A stretch of 54,178 bases of DNA, the filler included, from Catajapyx aquilonaris (Eukaryota): assembly GCA_000934665.2 (NCBI GenBank). It is 2 parts of 2 records of this genome, joined end to end, with 100 filler letters (N's around TTAATTAATTAA, not from the genome) between each part and the next. Parts side by side here need not be neighbours in the genome. Positions count along the whole stretch, not along the records: positions 27,141 to 54,178 come from JYFJ02005124.1; 1 more part is not named here. The stretch is one strand, 5' to 3'. Each line of letters begins with the position of its first letter. Within the stretch, counting starts at the first letter, position 1. Below are positions 32,543-46,163 of this stretch, piece after piece. The notes under the pieces are model-generated. The model was not told the DNA's origin. It was given only the letters and a program-made list of their open reading frames with translations, and did not search any database. Both the position numbers and the translations under genes were made by a program.

Positions 32543-33919
32543 TAGTGTACACAGTGTAGTAAGGGACATGCAACGACATTCACTGCACTTGATCGTGACC
32601 TACGACAATCAGAAGATGTTACGCTTAGTTCATGGATTGACGTATGCTGCCCTTGTTTCGAGCCTTGATTTCTTTATTGTTGTGCGCACCGTGTGGCAGT
32701 TCCTCACCTTCTTCAAGATCACCTTCCGGTCCTCGCCTTCAATGATCATCGGGTTAGTGTTTGTGCCATCGGAAGTCATCATCTTATTTATGCAGTTATG
32801 CAACCACTGCTTTTGTAAGAGACATGTCTCATTGTCAGTTACCAGTGGTGATTCGTATGACCTTCGCATTTATTGTTATACGGTATAATGATTATTGTCA
32901 AGTGATGTATGTAACAAAACTGGATGAAAATAAACTGGCAAACCCACATATTGTGTTTGTGGGTAGTTATTCAGATGTATAGCCTCATACTGCCTATATA
33001 GGTCGCTCTGAAACTTTCTCGTTTACTTGCTACAGTATTGAAAGGTACCGTAATAACAGTGCAAATTTTAAGTACTGGATATTAACTCGTGATCAGAATG
33101 CATTTAAAAATACCTCTTTCTGTAAGTAGACTAAATTGTCAAATTATCCGAGCGTGATTTATTACTAACTACTGTATATTACTTTGTGTTGCCTCTAATG
33201 TAACAGTATATGCGACAAGAACCTTTTTATTAGTCTCTATATTATTACCAGTAGTTATTAAGTATTTACAATGTCTTTCAATATTAACAATGCCATATCG
33301 ACTATTGTTCACGACTGATAACAACATAATGGATATTACCTAAAGCTCTGACTCACTTCTACTGTTTCACACAATTGCACTTGAACCCATAAAAGAGTGC
33401 TCCAGACGTGACCCGAAAGTGCTAGTGTCATTAAAGTGCAACAATGAAATTAAATTTTTTTGCATACAGTAATTTTTGAAATGTAGTCGACATTTTCATA
33501 TCAGCCAACAGCAATGGTCGTACTGTACACATTGTTAATATAGACGTTGCATGCATTTTTTAAAGTTATTATTTTCAGCAATATTTCTGCAATTGCACAA
33601 CCTCTTGGAAAAATGAAAATCCCTAAAAATTACGCAAGTTTCATATAGGTGGCAAGAAAAGTACCATCCGGCAGATTCAGAGGATAGTCGTTAGCCAGAT
33701 GAAGGCCAACTGTGGCCTATCATTTTCTCTCATGCGATGCTGCTAACATGCGCGGCAAATGTAAAGGGGCAAGCAAGTGTCTGTGTGTCTCTCTCTCAGA
33801 GGTGCGTGTGTGACAAGCCCAGTGATTGGAATTTCACATAGTTCCTCTCTGACCTTCCTCACGGACAGGACCAAGGTGCATGCCCCATCTGACACAATAC
33901 TCGTGCATAGGGAGGAAAT

Positions 33920-36337
33920 ATGAACAGAACCACTAGAGGATCTCTGGTGATGCTGGGAGGATTCCTGGTCCATTTATCTCTTGGAAATATATTCACATTT
34001 GGTATGTAAGGTTGATTGTTTATGTCATTCAAGTAAGGTTTTCATTGATGGAAGTAGTTACAAAAATGCTTCCAAACTAGTCTGGCATGTACTTATTACG
34101 CGGTCTATTAGAGATATCTGATGGTAGTAAATTGTCACGTAAGTAATGCAGCGCTTCAAGAACAAAAGAATATATATACCGCACAAATACAACTGAATAC
34201 ATATTGGAATGAGTGGACGATTGTTGGCACACAATGGACTACCGGATTACGGAAACTGCACGAGTGAATCACCTTATACATGATGTGATATTAAAGATAG
34301 GACCAAAAAAATGTAACGGATTCCTCTAAATCCATGTTCATTTATAGTCAGTATATAATAAATATCACTGGGAATAAAAGTCTTAACTATTTTTAAAAAA
34401 ATACATAAGTCGAACCATACTGCTTGCGAGATAATAAATGATTCTTACGAGCCTCATCTCTCATACGTAACGTGGAAAAAAAATACAACTTCCCAAACTA
34501 AGTGCACTTGCATGACCTACCCTTATGTGTGGCGCATTAGGTACAGCCAGTCCCTTTAAAGTACCTTATTGTGGTATCGCCATGCAGTATTACATAAGGT
34601 GGCCACAATAATATTATATCCAGCTGTATTCTCACGCTTAATATTTTTATCTTTATTTTTATTCTCATCTCCTTATGCAATGATTCCAGGCAATGCCAAC
34701 ACGTACCTGACATCGTACCTCCGGATGAAGGTGGACCCCAGTACAAGCTATACCCAAACAGTATGGGTCGGGGCCATGCTTGCGGCGGGTCAAGGGTCAC
34801 TCATGTGGCTGGGAGGGGCTCTGGGCCGCAGATGGGGCACACGCACTGCCACGCTCCTAGGAAGTGCCATCACCAGGTATGCTGTACGGACTAATATTGT
34901 TGGACAATTTGTAACTAATTGACCTTTTGCATCAGCGGAGGGGTTATGCTGACCTACTGGACCGTACAAACATCCAAGCTGCTCACAATCCTGTCGTACG
35001 GACTTATCACCGGATTGGGCGTCAGTTTGGCATATGCACCACCACTTATTGCTGGCTTTCAGGTAATTATTATAAATAATGCTAATGCACATTAGGCTAA
35101 AAGTCTGATTCTGCCTATTTTACAGTGGTTTCCAAATAGACGTGGGTTAGTGAGCGGTGTTGTGGTTGGTGGATTTGGCCTAGGAGCAGTCGTCTTCAAT
35201 CCAATAATGACGTTTTTCGTCAACCCTGAGGATCATCCCTTGGACTCAGATGGGTAAGACCTTGAATACATCTGTACCTGCAAAACTCTCGATACTCTTT
35301 CCATTCTGTGCAGGTACTTCAGCAAAATGGAAGTCTTGGATAGAGTACCGAATCTGTTCCTCCTTCTCTCGTCAGTGTACATCGGACTTCAGGTGATAGG
35401 AATTGCTCTGTTGGCTGACGTGCCAGACGATGACCTCTCTGATGAGAAGGCAGGTCAGCAGAAGGAGTCAACGATGGATGTGGAGTGGTCACAAATGGTC
35501 CGCAGTCCGACATTTCACATGTTGTGGGCCACAGCGGTCATCGTCAGTCTGCCCACATACTTGATCACCTCAGTGTACAAGACTTTCGGGCAGAGTTTCC
35601 TGACCTCTGATGACCACTTCCTGGCAACGATGGGCACAGTGGCTGGTGCCTGCAATGCTATCGGCCGCATGGCATGGGGCATCGTGTGTGACCATTTCAC
35701 ATACAAGGTAAGGTCCTGTATGGGCCTCTTATCGACAGATCATGATTTCTTTCCAATTTGCAGAAATGTATGCTGACCTTGACCGCGACTTTGACCGCCC
35801 TCTTGGCCTCGTTCTGGTTGTCTCCGATGCTGGGCCGGACCTTCTTCGCCGCCTGGCTTCTTCTGATATACTGTACCTTCTCTGGCTTCTACTCTCTGAT
35901 GCCCGTAGCCTGCACATCCAGCTTCGGACAGAAACACGCTGCCAACAATTACGGATTGTTGTTCACCTTCGCGGCGGTCAGCGGACCCAGCGCTGCCTTG
36001 CTAACCAACGTCGTGGCTCCCAAGCTCGGATATAAGGGACTGTTTCTTCTCATGGCTGGTTCCTCTCTCATAGGTGAATGAAATAGGCAATATCAATAGG
36101 CATTCCAATATTTATTTCTGGACAGCCAATTAGAAAATACCTTTGCAACATATTAGTCATCAATAACCAACACCAACTCTTTGGTTGGTAATAATTGAAA
36201 TGTTCATTTCAGGATTTGTGATGACGTGTTTCTACCCGCCCAGGGCATGCCATTGCTGTTCTCCTGCAGTGGTCAAGGACAGTCACAAAGAAAATGGTGT
36301 TGCATGCAATAGTGAAACAGTGACCACTCACTTATAA
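33920..36337 (+). CDS. MFS transporter, oxalate:formate antiporter (OFA)-like; exons 33920-34001, 34690-34876, 34936-35062, 35126-35253, 35314-35707, 35764-36073, 36213-36337
   Basis: GGFLVHLSLGNIFTFGN.NTYLTSY, GLGVSLAYAPPL, WFPNRRGLVSGVVVGGFGLG, NAIGRMAWGIVCD, FGQKHAANNYGLLF; frame-consistent GT-AG junctions. Confidence 0.9.
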
Positions 36338-37076
36338 GCAGCATTTAGTAGACTACCGAGGCTCAATTAAACTGATAGATGCTGCCATAAATGATCTGAT
36401 CTTGGAAACTACTGGTGAATCTAGTCTAATGACTCGATGTGATTGTTTTGCATAAATGATGATAGACATCGGGGGAGTCCATTCGTGTACAACAGTAGAT
36501 ATAATGCAAGGGGCAGGAAGGCAGTAGAGAAATAGAAGGAAGGATGTCGCATTATATAGATAGTACGATAAACAATCTGCATGCTTTTCCTCTTCCCGTG
36601 GTATTAATGTGTAGTAGACTAACCCGATGTCTGGATGGAGTGTTGCAATTTAGACTTCCGTTTTAGTTTGCGATTTTGTCATACTAAACTACTAATTTTT
36701 AAGCTGTTACTTTGCAAATGTCGCTTTTTTGGAGCTACCTAAAATATTTCCTTATAATATTACGTCTGACATGATGAAGGCTATCAACGCACTTTGATTA
36801 TACACATGAAACATATTCCGTTATCATTTTGGTTACCTTCATTCATTACTATTTAGCAGCAGGTCTGGAAGGATATGTCTCTACACGGCACGAAACAAAA
36901 GCCTATCGCAATAATTGTAAACAACCTGTTCCAAATTTCATTTCGTGAATTTGCTTCACTTCCACCGGCGATCCAGCAGAGAAATTCGGCTAATAAACTG
37001 TAAGTACCGGTACCTCAAAATATGGGGCATAATTCCTCAGAGACCTAACCTGTACCGTAACCTGAAGCTGCTTAGC

Positions 37077-37452
37077 ATGACAATGCACCCCCGTGGGTCA
37101 GCGGCCATAGGTGCTGCTTTGCGCAAATTCATCCCTCGATTCAGCTTCATCGCGTCCCGTCTTCAGAAGAAGGGACTGAAGTCTTCAGTCGAGAAGGTGT
37201 CTGCTGAAGGAGCAGCCCTTGGAGGCAGCCAGTTCTTTGAGGTGACGTTACACCACCGAGTTTGATGACCATCCTGATTGACCTGAACTTTTCTTGCAAT
37301 AGGTCATAAGAAGCATGCCTGCGGAGAAAAAGTTGCGCCTCTTTCTTGTGTCCACTATCGCAGGGGCTTTGCCTTTCATGCTTCTTCGATACCACGTCGA
37401 TCAGCAAATGGAATTGCTCAGACAGATGAAGTCTTCCTCCAAGAATAACTGA
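37077..37452 (+). CDS. Predicted 104-aa two-exon small protein (37077-37241, 37303-37452) with a basic N-terminus and one hydrophobic helix
   Basis: 61-nt GT-AG intron with pyrimidine tract joins two open frames; possible 3'UTR intron 37458-37659; AATAAA at 37762. Confidence 0.6.
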
Positions 37453-38627
37453 GACAGGTATACACTTAGGCAGTACTTAGAAGTGTACCACCCTGTATAT
37501 AATTTATGCTGGATACAGCTACCTTGTGTAAATAGCTGCAGTAAATATAGCCTAAGATTGCCTATATGTCTAGCAAAAGCAGGTCCTCCCCTTACGATTA
37601 GATTATGGGTACCCACTCGGTTACGTGATAATATCCTGTTGTTCTTATGTCTATTTTCAGGGAGCTTTGTTGAGTTGGACGATGCGGCTGCTTTATCATC
37701 TTATCCGCCGATAGAGCTGCAAAACTGCCCTTTGGCAGTTGATGTTCATTAAGTAAGCGTTAATAAACATTCAAGTACTTGTCGTCACGTCACACTGAAT
37801 GTGGTTACTTTATAAAATGTTCATAAAATTCATGCACGCGTCCCTGGCTAGTGATGCGTAGACCACATGCCTGCTGGGAAGGATAAATTCTATTGTATTA
37901 TATGAATCACATATTACCAAGGACACATGAATCTGTGGTGTGCAGCAGTGAAAATCTCTGGTATGTTCATTACAAAATTTCTTTAAAATTTATAGCGATT
38001 TCGACTAAAACTGTATTTTGCGAAATTTTTAAGCGTTTCATGTGCCAATATTATCCGTATTTTACTTTGACCACGTAAAGCCCCCTAATCAAACAGCAGG
38101 GTCACCATTACGCCATTTGTGTATCAAAGATCGCTGATACCGTGAAGCGGAAAGGTGTGACTTTGCAGCAGGTGTTGAAGTGCATATCAAATATCCTCCG
38201 CAGTTTTCTCTGATAAATGACGATAAGCTATCTCATCGACATCGTCACACTGTACGACAATTAAAATAATCTACCTCTGGGGAAACACTGCGCATGCTGC
38301 ACTGACTGGATGAGGCCATTATTACGTCTGACTTCCGTTTCTCCATATTTTTCTTATGACCATGACGACACAATACATTGCATGATGACTGATCGTCCTT
38401 CCGACAGCTTCCCATACACTGTGTATACCCAAACCCCTGGTGTTAGGGCCGTTCTCTCATCCCATCACAATCCCCCTCCACCTCACCATATCCCCCACCT
38501 ACCCCCCAGCCTTTCTTTGCACTTGAAGGCTGCAGAATCACTTATTTCAGTTGCCACTCGCTCACACTCAGGTCGAGACTTACATTTTGAGTGTAGGTAA
38601 CATTATTTTGGAGAGAGAAAAACCAAA

Positions 38628-40075
38628 ATGGACAAGGTGACCTATCCACCAGCTGAGGGCTATCCACCACCAGCAGCGAACTATCCACCACCACAGTACC
38701 CACCTCCTCAATATGCGCCTCCTACTCAACAAATGACAGTGTGTAAGTACATCAACTTATTTGAATGATAATGTGATTTAAAATAATGCTGGACGTGTGA
38801 CGTATATGATATACGGGCAAACACGAACCAGTCAGTGTTTACTGAACATGATTTGGCCTAATGTATATGTGGTGAGAAAATGACTCATATTAGTATATGC
38901 AAGGACATCTCTCACCTAATGACCCTGGGCGTTGTCAATGTCATCTCATGGGAAAAATATCTCACCCAAGGGCAACTCAGGGGTAACCTGGATAATCTCT
39001 GTTTATTCCATGTCTCAATATCTCTATGAAATTAGACCATTATACCTTACTAAATGCTGTATGTTAATCAATATACTCATATTCCGTGAAGTAGTGACGG
39101 CAAAGGTCCCTCATTGTGTGCTAGGAGACCCTGGTCTGGCCCATGCCCACATTACATATTGGAAAGGTGCAATTGTGTGAGCTAAGTGGAATAATTTACA
39201 TTTTTATGTTGACATAAATCAAATATAAATCTCATAAACCTATTCCTATACTGGCCTTCACAACACAGTAGCAGTTGCATAATTAAAGATAATATTGCAT
39301 AACGCCGGTGGTCGGTTTTACATTTTTTTTGTAATGGGCTGCACGTATAGAGTACGAACCGGCTTCAAAAATCGTGAATGAGCAGAATAAGTGTTTGCAA
39401 ATATCATTCATGTCATGAGCAGGAAGAAGCATCGCAATGATCATGTAACCAAATAACTTAACTATCGACCTATCGTCATCTCCCAAAAGAAAAGAAAGTT
39501 ATAGGTATAGTTCTATCAGACACTATTATTAGTTGCAATCTCAAACTCAGACATTCATATTGCAGACTTTGACTTTTTTTGCTGACATATACATCCTGTC
39601 CCCCATATTTCATATCAGCATTCTTTAGCAGGATATGAATGTGTCATTTTTGCATTTATGTATCGACTATAATGATCCTGCTTGAAACACTGTAATGCAT
39701 GATGACATGTATTGCCACTTTCCCAAGTAATAACTGTACTTGTGATCAGTTCCAGTGGTGACACAGACTACGGTGATATCAGTTGGCAGGGAGTCGGCGA
39801 GGCTTGTGTGTCCAACGTGTCTCGCCACAATCAACACCACAGTCACCTCCAGCCCATCCTCAACCGCATACATTGCCGCAGGCATCCTCTGCCTATTTGG
39901 GTAATCATAGACAACAATGTGCTAGTTACAGATTAACCAAAATTAACATTATTAACTGTCATTTCTTTCAAGGTGTTGGCTGTGTTGCTGTATTCCATGT
40001 TGTATGGACAGCATGCAGGAATACCGACACACTTGCCCTAACTGCAGAGCAGAAATTGGAACCTATAGGGCTTAA
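38628..40075 (+). CDS. LITAF: LITAF-domain protein; exons 38628-38742, 39750(or 39756)-39900, 39973-40075
   Basis: YPPP-rich N-terminus, CPTC, hydrophobic segment, CWLCCCIPCCMDS, HTCPNCRAEIGTY*. Confidence 0.9.
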
Positions 40076-40708
40076 TGTGCATGTGTGTGACGTGGTGTAA
40101 TCACCTAGTTCAAGAGGGTTCGCTACAGAAACCAGTGGAAAGAGAAGCAATATTCATGATTGAATTTGGCCTGATCTCCTCACAACCACTAATGGGGACA
40201 CTGGTTGATGGAGTGATCAGTCAATAACTTTTCCCCCAACAACCCCTTCCATTTCTTTAGGCAGTGCACCGTATGTATAGGGCATGGGGGAAGGGGGACA
40301 ATCAGTGCAATTTCTATACACAATTTGCAAAATAAAATTTTAAGTGTCATGCCAACTCAGGTGTTTTACATATCAGTCCCAGTGTCATCTCACAACAAAT
40401 GCAGATTTTAAAAATATCAATATCGGCAATATGAGTTCAAAATAAGTGCACATTTTGCACAAATATGCTGTTATCCTAATTGTAATTGTCGAAGAAATAA
40501 TAAGGCAGTGATGATATTTTTTTGTACACTCGTAATTTTAAGGCAGCTCCTTTCAGCATGTAGTACACAGAAAAACAGATAATTTGACAAAAGTTAAGCT
40601 GCACATATGCGATTGTATGTAAAGCAGCACTTCAAAGTTAAACTGCATGTAAAGCAGTAATAACAAACCATGGACCATAAATTTTATGGTGGTTTTGTTC
40701 CTTCCTAA

Positions 40709-43700
40709 TCAGCCAGATAATTTTGACGTGTCAGCATCAGCAGCATCAGCATCATTTGAGAGTTCGACTCTTCGTTTTTGGAGGACCTGTCCCAAAATGT
40801 GCGTATCCTCGCACAACGCTGCGTGAATAGTATGCATCATGGCCCTACGAGCCTTGCAATACATCATGAACTCCTTGGCCCCATGCTTTGCGATAGATAG
40901 ATCATACATCCACATTCCGATGATCCCAGGAAGATCTATGGTGTCTAAAGCGTACTCTCGCAATTCCTTCTCGTCGTCGTACGCCTCCGGTTTATTTTTA
41001 TTTTGCACTTTAATCAACAACACCAGTAGTTTATGCTTTTGCGCCAATCTGCATAAAGTAACGTTTGATTAAGTTACTCACTGCAATTTTCAGGTTCTAT
41101 GTTAAAAACCACATACTTTTCATATGCCTCCTCAAATCTCTTGTTTCGTCCCTTAAGGCATGCAACCTTTCGCAGCAAGTCTAAAAGCTTTGTCTCCATT
41201 TCTATACGCTCTGAACCTCGATATGCATTTCGAATTTCGCGCACCTTGCCCAGCTGCTTCATCTGATGCATGTTGTCATCCTGAAATTGTTTGTATTTAT
41301 CAGATGACATCAAAAATCAGGGATGCTCATATATAGTTTTTGATATTCATTGGCAGCAGCATTATTCGCAAAGTATAGTCTACTTACCGCTTTCATCCTC
41401 ATGTTTCGCAGTCTGGACATCATCAGGTGATCGTCCTTGCTTAGTTTGTCATTATCTCTGCAAATGTCTACAAATAACAGGGTAAGAATTATTATTAACA
41501 TACGATTGGAATGTTCAATTAACGGCAGCACACTTACTCTTCGAAACCTCTTTAGCCTTTGCAGTTCTCATCTTGATACTGTTCAGAATTTTTGTTCTTG
41601 AATTCATCATACTGAATCCATCCAATAAGGCTTGCTGTTGGAGTCGAAACTCATCACTTGCCTCACTTTCCTCTTTCTGCAGAAACACGATGAGTATAAT
41701 GTAACATAAGGTATTTTTGATCCAATCATATCAAAACGACTGTCAACAATGAAATGAACAGACGAATGGACATTACCTTTAGCTTCCCTAATTCTTTAGC
41801 AAGATCTAGAGAGTGCTTTCGTTGCCTGACTATGCCCCTAGCCAGTTCACTCTGAGCACCTTCCAGTTCTTCCTTTTGTATATTCAGCAGAAATGTCAAC
41901 TCTGATACCTGCGCAAAGAAACAGTTCCCACCTTTAGTATATAACCAAAAGTGGTAAATCCAAAAATCAACTTACGGTGACTGCAAGAGACGATCCCCTC
42001 TCTCGTAGGAAGAGCTTTCTGCTTGTCATTAACTCAGAGACTCTCATTTGCATATGTATTTTTCGCCTCAATTCCTTATCCAGCTTGGCTTGTTCTTCCT
42101 GCAACTTTTGGCGGATGGCCATAGCCTGCGTCATCGTTTGGTTCTGATTTTGACCAATTTCTCTCACTTCAGACAATCGTTTCCTTTAAAATATAAGTAT
42201 GCTTGAATATGATGAGTATGGAGTAGAAGTAAATTTTATACCTCAATTTTTCAATCTCCTCACATAATACTTGATAGAATTTTGGTAATCTAGAGCGTAA
42301 TTCCTTAGATTCTTCCATTTTGCGTTGGAGTTTGGCTTCAAGGGCTGAAATTTCCTGCTGAATTTTCACTACTGCATTATCATTCATATCATTTTGCACT
42401 TGAACGGTGGTCAGTTCTGCAACATTTTAAAGAGCATTACAATTACATCATTTTTGTCACATTTATCACAACCTTCTTCGGCGATTATTGCTTCTACTTC
42501 TGCAACGTCGCGTTTCGCCTCAGCCACCGCCATTATGTCTACTAGCGAAGTCTCTTCGTCTTGCAACATTGCCAGTTCTGCATCTGCCTTCGTCTCTGTT
42601 TCTTCCAAAAGCTTGCATATTTCCTTACTGTCAAAATTAAATCAGCATGTAAACATCATCTCAACAACCGTTGCATAATCATATAATACGACACATACAC
42701 CCGAAATTTTTCGTTATTGATGACGGATGTCTTTTGTAAGCTTTCTCTCAGAAAGTAAACCTTCCTGCTCTGAAGCTCTTCCATTTCGCTTCGAGCAACT
42801 CTCATATTGCTCTGCAGCATCCTAGATTGGGCCTCTAGAGATTTAAGGGTCTTTTTGTTCTCATCTAGCACCCTGTAAACAGGTTAAGTAATATTAACAC
42901 GGTAACTGCTTGATTTTAAAATGGCTCACTCACCCTTTCTGAATGGTGATGGCTTTCACCGCCTGGGTTCCTTCCTTATTCAAGTTTGCCATACCGTTTA
43001 TAAATTTAGTGGTGTTGGTTTCGTATTCATGCATACGTTCATCCGTCTCTTTTTGCAAACTGGAGATGATTTCTTTTTGTAACTTTAGCTGTAATATATA
43101 AATATTAAGTGGTGTATTCCCACTATTTAACAACACGTAGACGCATTTATGTGTGTGTGTGGACCTAACCTGTCCTTCATACATCTGAGACTCCTTTGCT
43201 TTTTCAGCAATCGTACTAGTATATAATTCTTGATATTCAGCTGATTTAGTCAGCCGATCAACCATCAGTTTGTGCATACGTTTCACCCTGGCCTGTGTGT
43301 CCTTAGCTGTACTGAGTTTCATTTTATATTCATTTAGTTGGTTATTTATCGAAGCTGTCTCCTCTTCACCGGTTTTTAATTCGTACATGGCCTTTGACAT
43401 TCTCAGTCTATTTAATTCCTCTGTCTTCAACATGGAATCTGAGGATGTTAGAAAACGACTTACATTAAGTTAAACTGAGTGAATTTAACTTACACTTACC
43501 TACTAAATCCCGGGTCTTCCCCTGTGAATTTTCATACAAAATGAGATTTTCAAGCCTAAGTTCTTCATACACGGATGTAATATTCGTATAATGACTTCCA
43601 AAATATTTGATTTTTTCCCTGAGAGCTTTCAAACCTGACCTGACCTCGTTCGGAATCTGCATATCTTCTCTCCACCATTCCTCTAGGATTGGAATAAAAA

Positions 43701-43829
43701 AAATACATTTTGCTGACACATGCACAAAATCAGCCACATAGCCTACTTACCAACTTTCTCCAGGGAGCTAAGAGCAATCCTAACATGTATATTGCCATGC
43801 TGCCTATAACGGTCCTCATATGAAGTCAT
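40709..43829 (-). CDS. Long multi-exon coiled-coil protein (many ~55-70-nt introns; weak CCDC175-like N-terminus)
   Basis: Series of minus-strand E/K/Q-rich ORFs bounded by gtaagt/ag sites; first exon 43829-43751 MTSYEDRYRQHGNIHVRIALSSLEKV; internal junctions not all resolved. Confidence 0.8.
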
Positions 43830-43919
43830 ATTTAGCCTGTACTAATAGTTCGTGTAAATGATAGAAAAAAAAATACGTCCACCTTTCTTAACAGAATTGC
43901 GAACAACAAACACATTCTG

Positions 43920-43933
43920 GTTGCCATGGCCAT
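43920..43933. promoter_or_regulatory. RFX X-box-like motif in a 173-bp divergent intergenic region
   Basis: GTTGCCATGGCCAT versus consensus GTTGCCATGGCAAC, between two divergent start codons. Confidence 0.5.
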
Positions 43934-44002
43934 CCTGTCAACAACCGAACATCCGCTGATGAATCAACAGTTGTACTGCTGTCAGAACAGTTTCAGATCC
44001 AG

Positions 44003-44438
44003 ATGGATTTTGAATACATCCAGCAGTCCCCTGTGTGTAAACACCTGCTTAAGGGCCTGGCCGCTATCTGCACCAGGCGACCCGTTGATCCCATCCACTA
44101 CCTGGCAATACTGCTTTTGAAATATGATGAGAATGAAAGGTTGATGAAGCTCCATGAGGAAGAGGCAGTCCTTTTGCTTGAGGCCCAGAAACAACGTAGA
44201 GCTGAGAAGGAAAGGGTGTGTACCATTTGCATAAATTGTTTCAGACAAACATGGCGTGTCATGAATGTCATTGCAGACTGAGGCCATGAGGTTGAAGAGG
44301 CGGAAGGAGTTGGCTCGAGAGTCTATCATGGAAGATGTCATAGATACTGTGAACTTGGTCTTCCGTAATGCCATGATGATGGTCATGGACAGACAACAGG
44401 AAGTCATCAATCTCGAAGCGAGCCTCACCTCCACTTAG
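44003..44438 (+). CDS. DPY-30-domain protein, DYDC1/2-like; exons 44003-44215, 44277-44438
   Basis: EYIQQSPVCKHLLKGLAAICTRRPVDPIHYLAILLLKYDEN (Dpy-30 motif) followed by a coiled coil. Confidence 0.85.
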
Positions 44439-44721
44439 ATTGGACATAATTATGATGGCTGTGCTGTTCCGTAATTCCCATGACTTGTTTATTTGTGCAG
44501 CACATGTATCACTTTTATTTTATTCTGCGTCTGATTTTTAAACATTAAATATACATTACAAGCACATTAACTTGGCGTTTTTCCAGCTCATTGTGTGTCA
44601 TGTAGCATTATTTTGTAGTTCAGGTGAGCACTGAAAGTGTTGGTTTTTTTGGACTTCGGTAGATTTCACCTGTATGACAACGATAGCTGAACCGCACGTC
44701 AAGTCGTCCACCTCTTTCTAT

Positions 44722-45823
44722 TCATTTGGTGTCTACAATATCTCCTAGTGTCCGTCGATAAATAGCATCACCCTCTGGAGTGGCCATCTGCGTAGGCACC
44801 TGCTTCGCATTATTTTGGATGTTAACACTGGCACCAAACTTGAGCAGAAGTTGAACCATGTCACTCTCTTTCTTCCAGTGTGCCAGATGCAGAGCTGTGT
44901 TTCCGTCTGCATCCGTTGCATCCACCTGGCACCCTTTCTTCAACAGTTCTCGTGCTATTCCCACGTGTCCACGCAAGCTGCTCAAGTGTAGTCCTGTTCG
45001 TTGATACGAATTGTGGGAATTCACAAGCTCCTTTGGATCACTACAATGTTGCAGAATATGCTTGAATTTGACAAGCTGGCCAGCCCTGCAAGCTTCATGC
45101 AAATCGTCAATCGCCACCAAATCGCATTTTGAAGGTAGATTATGAGTCTGCAACACCTGAGAAGACAAGGAAATTAGTCGTGTACAGTTCTTTTATAAGC
45201 TTTACATCATACCTGTGCTTGACTTTTTGTAGGGCTTTTTTCTGAGTCCACCTCATGCTGACAAACTACTGGTGAAATTTCCCTGCAACAATATATACCT
45301 GGTTGAAATAATTCTTCAGGATAATTTATTCCACTTACTTTTGTTGAATGGCGTCCATGAGGTAATTGACAGCTTCCGAATGATTCATTTCAATAGCCAG
45401 AGCCAGGGCGTCAGTGTTGTTCCTGTCGCTGACCCTCTTGGAGACATCAGCCCTTCTTCGGATGAGACACTTGATCACCTCCGTCCTTCCACTCTCTGCA
45501 GCGAAGTGAAGAGGCGTCCAGCCGTTGTCTGTGCGGATGTCCACATCGACCCCTGCCTTCAGCAACTTCTCGCATATCTCAACGTAGCCACCAGCACTGG
45601 CCATATGAAGAGCTGCTGTTCCTCCTTGGCCACGTAGCTGCGGATCACACTGGTAAGCAAGTAGCAGTGAGACCACTTCGACACGACCTCCTTTGGCTGC
45701 TATCAGGATGGGAGGATCACCGTTTCCGTCACGCTTGTTGACCTCTGCTTTGTGGTCCAAGTGTTTCTGGATGGCTTCCACACTTGCTTTCTCGACCAGC
45801 CTGTGCAGCACATTGGTGGCCAT
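44722..45823 (-). CDS. Ankyrin-repeat protein (329 aa) with two repeat clusters; exons 45823-45339, 45282-45213, 45156-44722
   Basis: GTAALHMAS, GWTPLHFAA, RTGLHLSS, GNTALHLA motifs; two ~56-nt introns join the two track ORFs in frame. Confidence 0.88.
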
Positions 45824-46163
45824 GGCATCAAGGGAGGATGCGTCATTTATAGTGCAACTTAACTACAGCTTGACAAGCAGCAGAATGTCGAAGTTGAACT
45901 CCACACAACTAGTGCTTCGTTGTTTTATCATGCGTCTCAAAATCGCGAACGGATACTGATAACTCGCGAAGATAAGGCACAAAGCCTTCTACGAAATCAC
46001 TGGCCGCCAACGCGACTGGTGTTCAATATGTCACGAAGGTCGAAATTGTCTGAATTTACGAACTATATTGTTGGCATTCACTGTGACGTAAGCGAAGGCT
46101 GAATCCATTGTCAACGCACAGTTTCCTCGGAAATCGCCGATTGTTTAAGAAAATCGGGTGAGG

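Noticed and set aside
32630..32869. 79-aa minus-strand ORF
   Set aside because: No homology, splice or compositional support that I can establish
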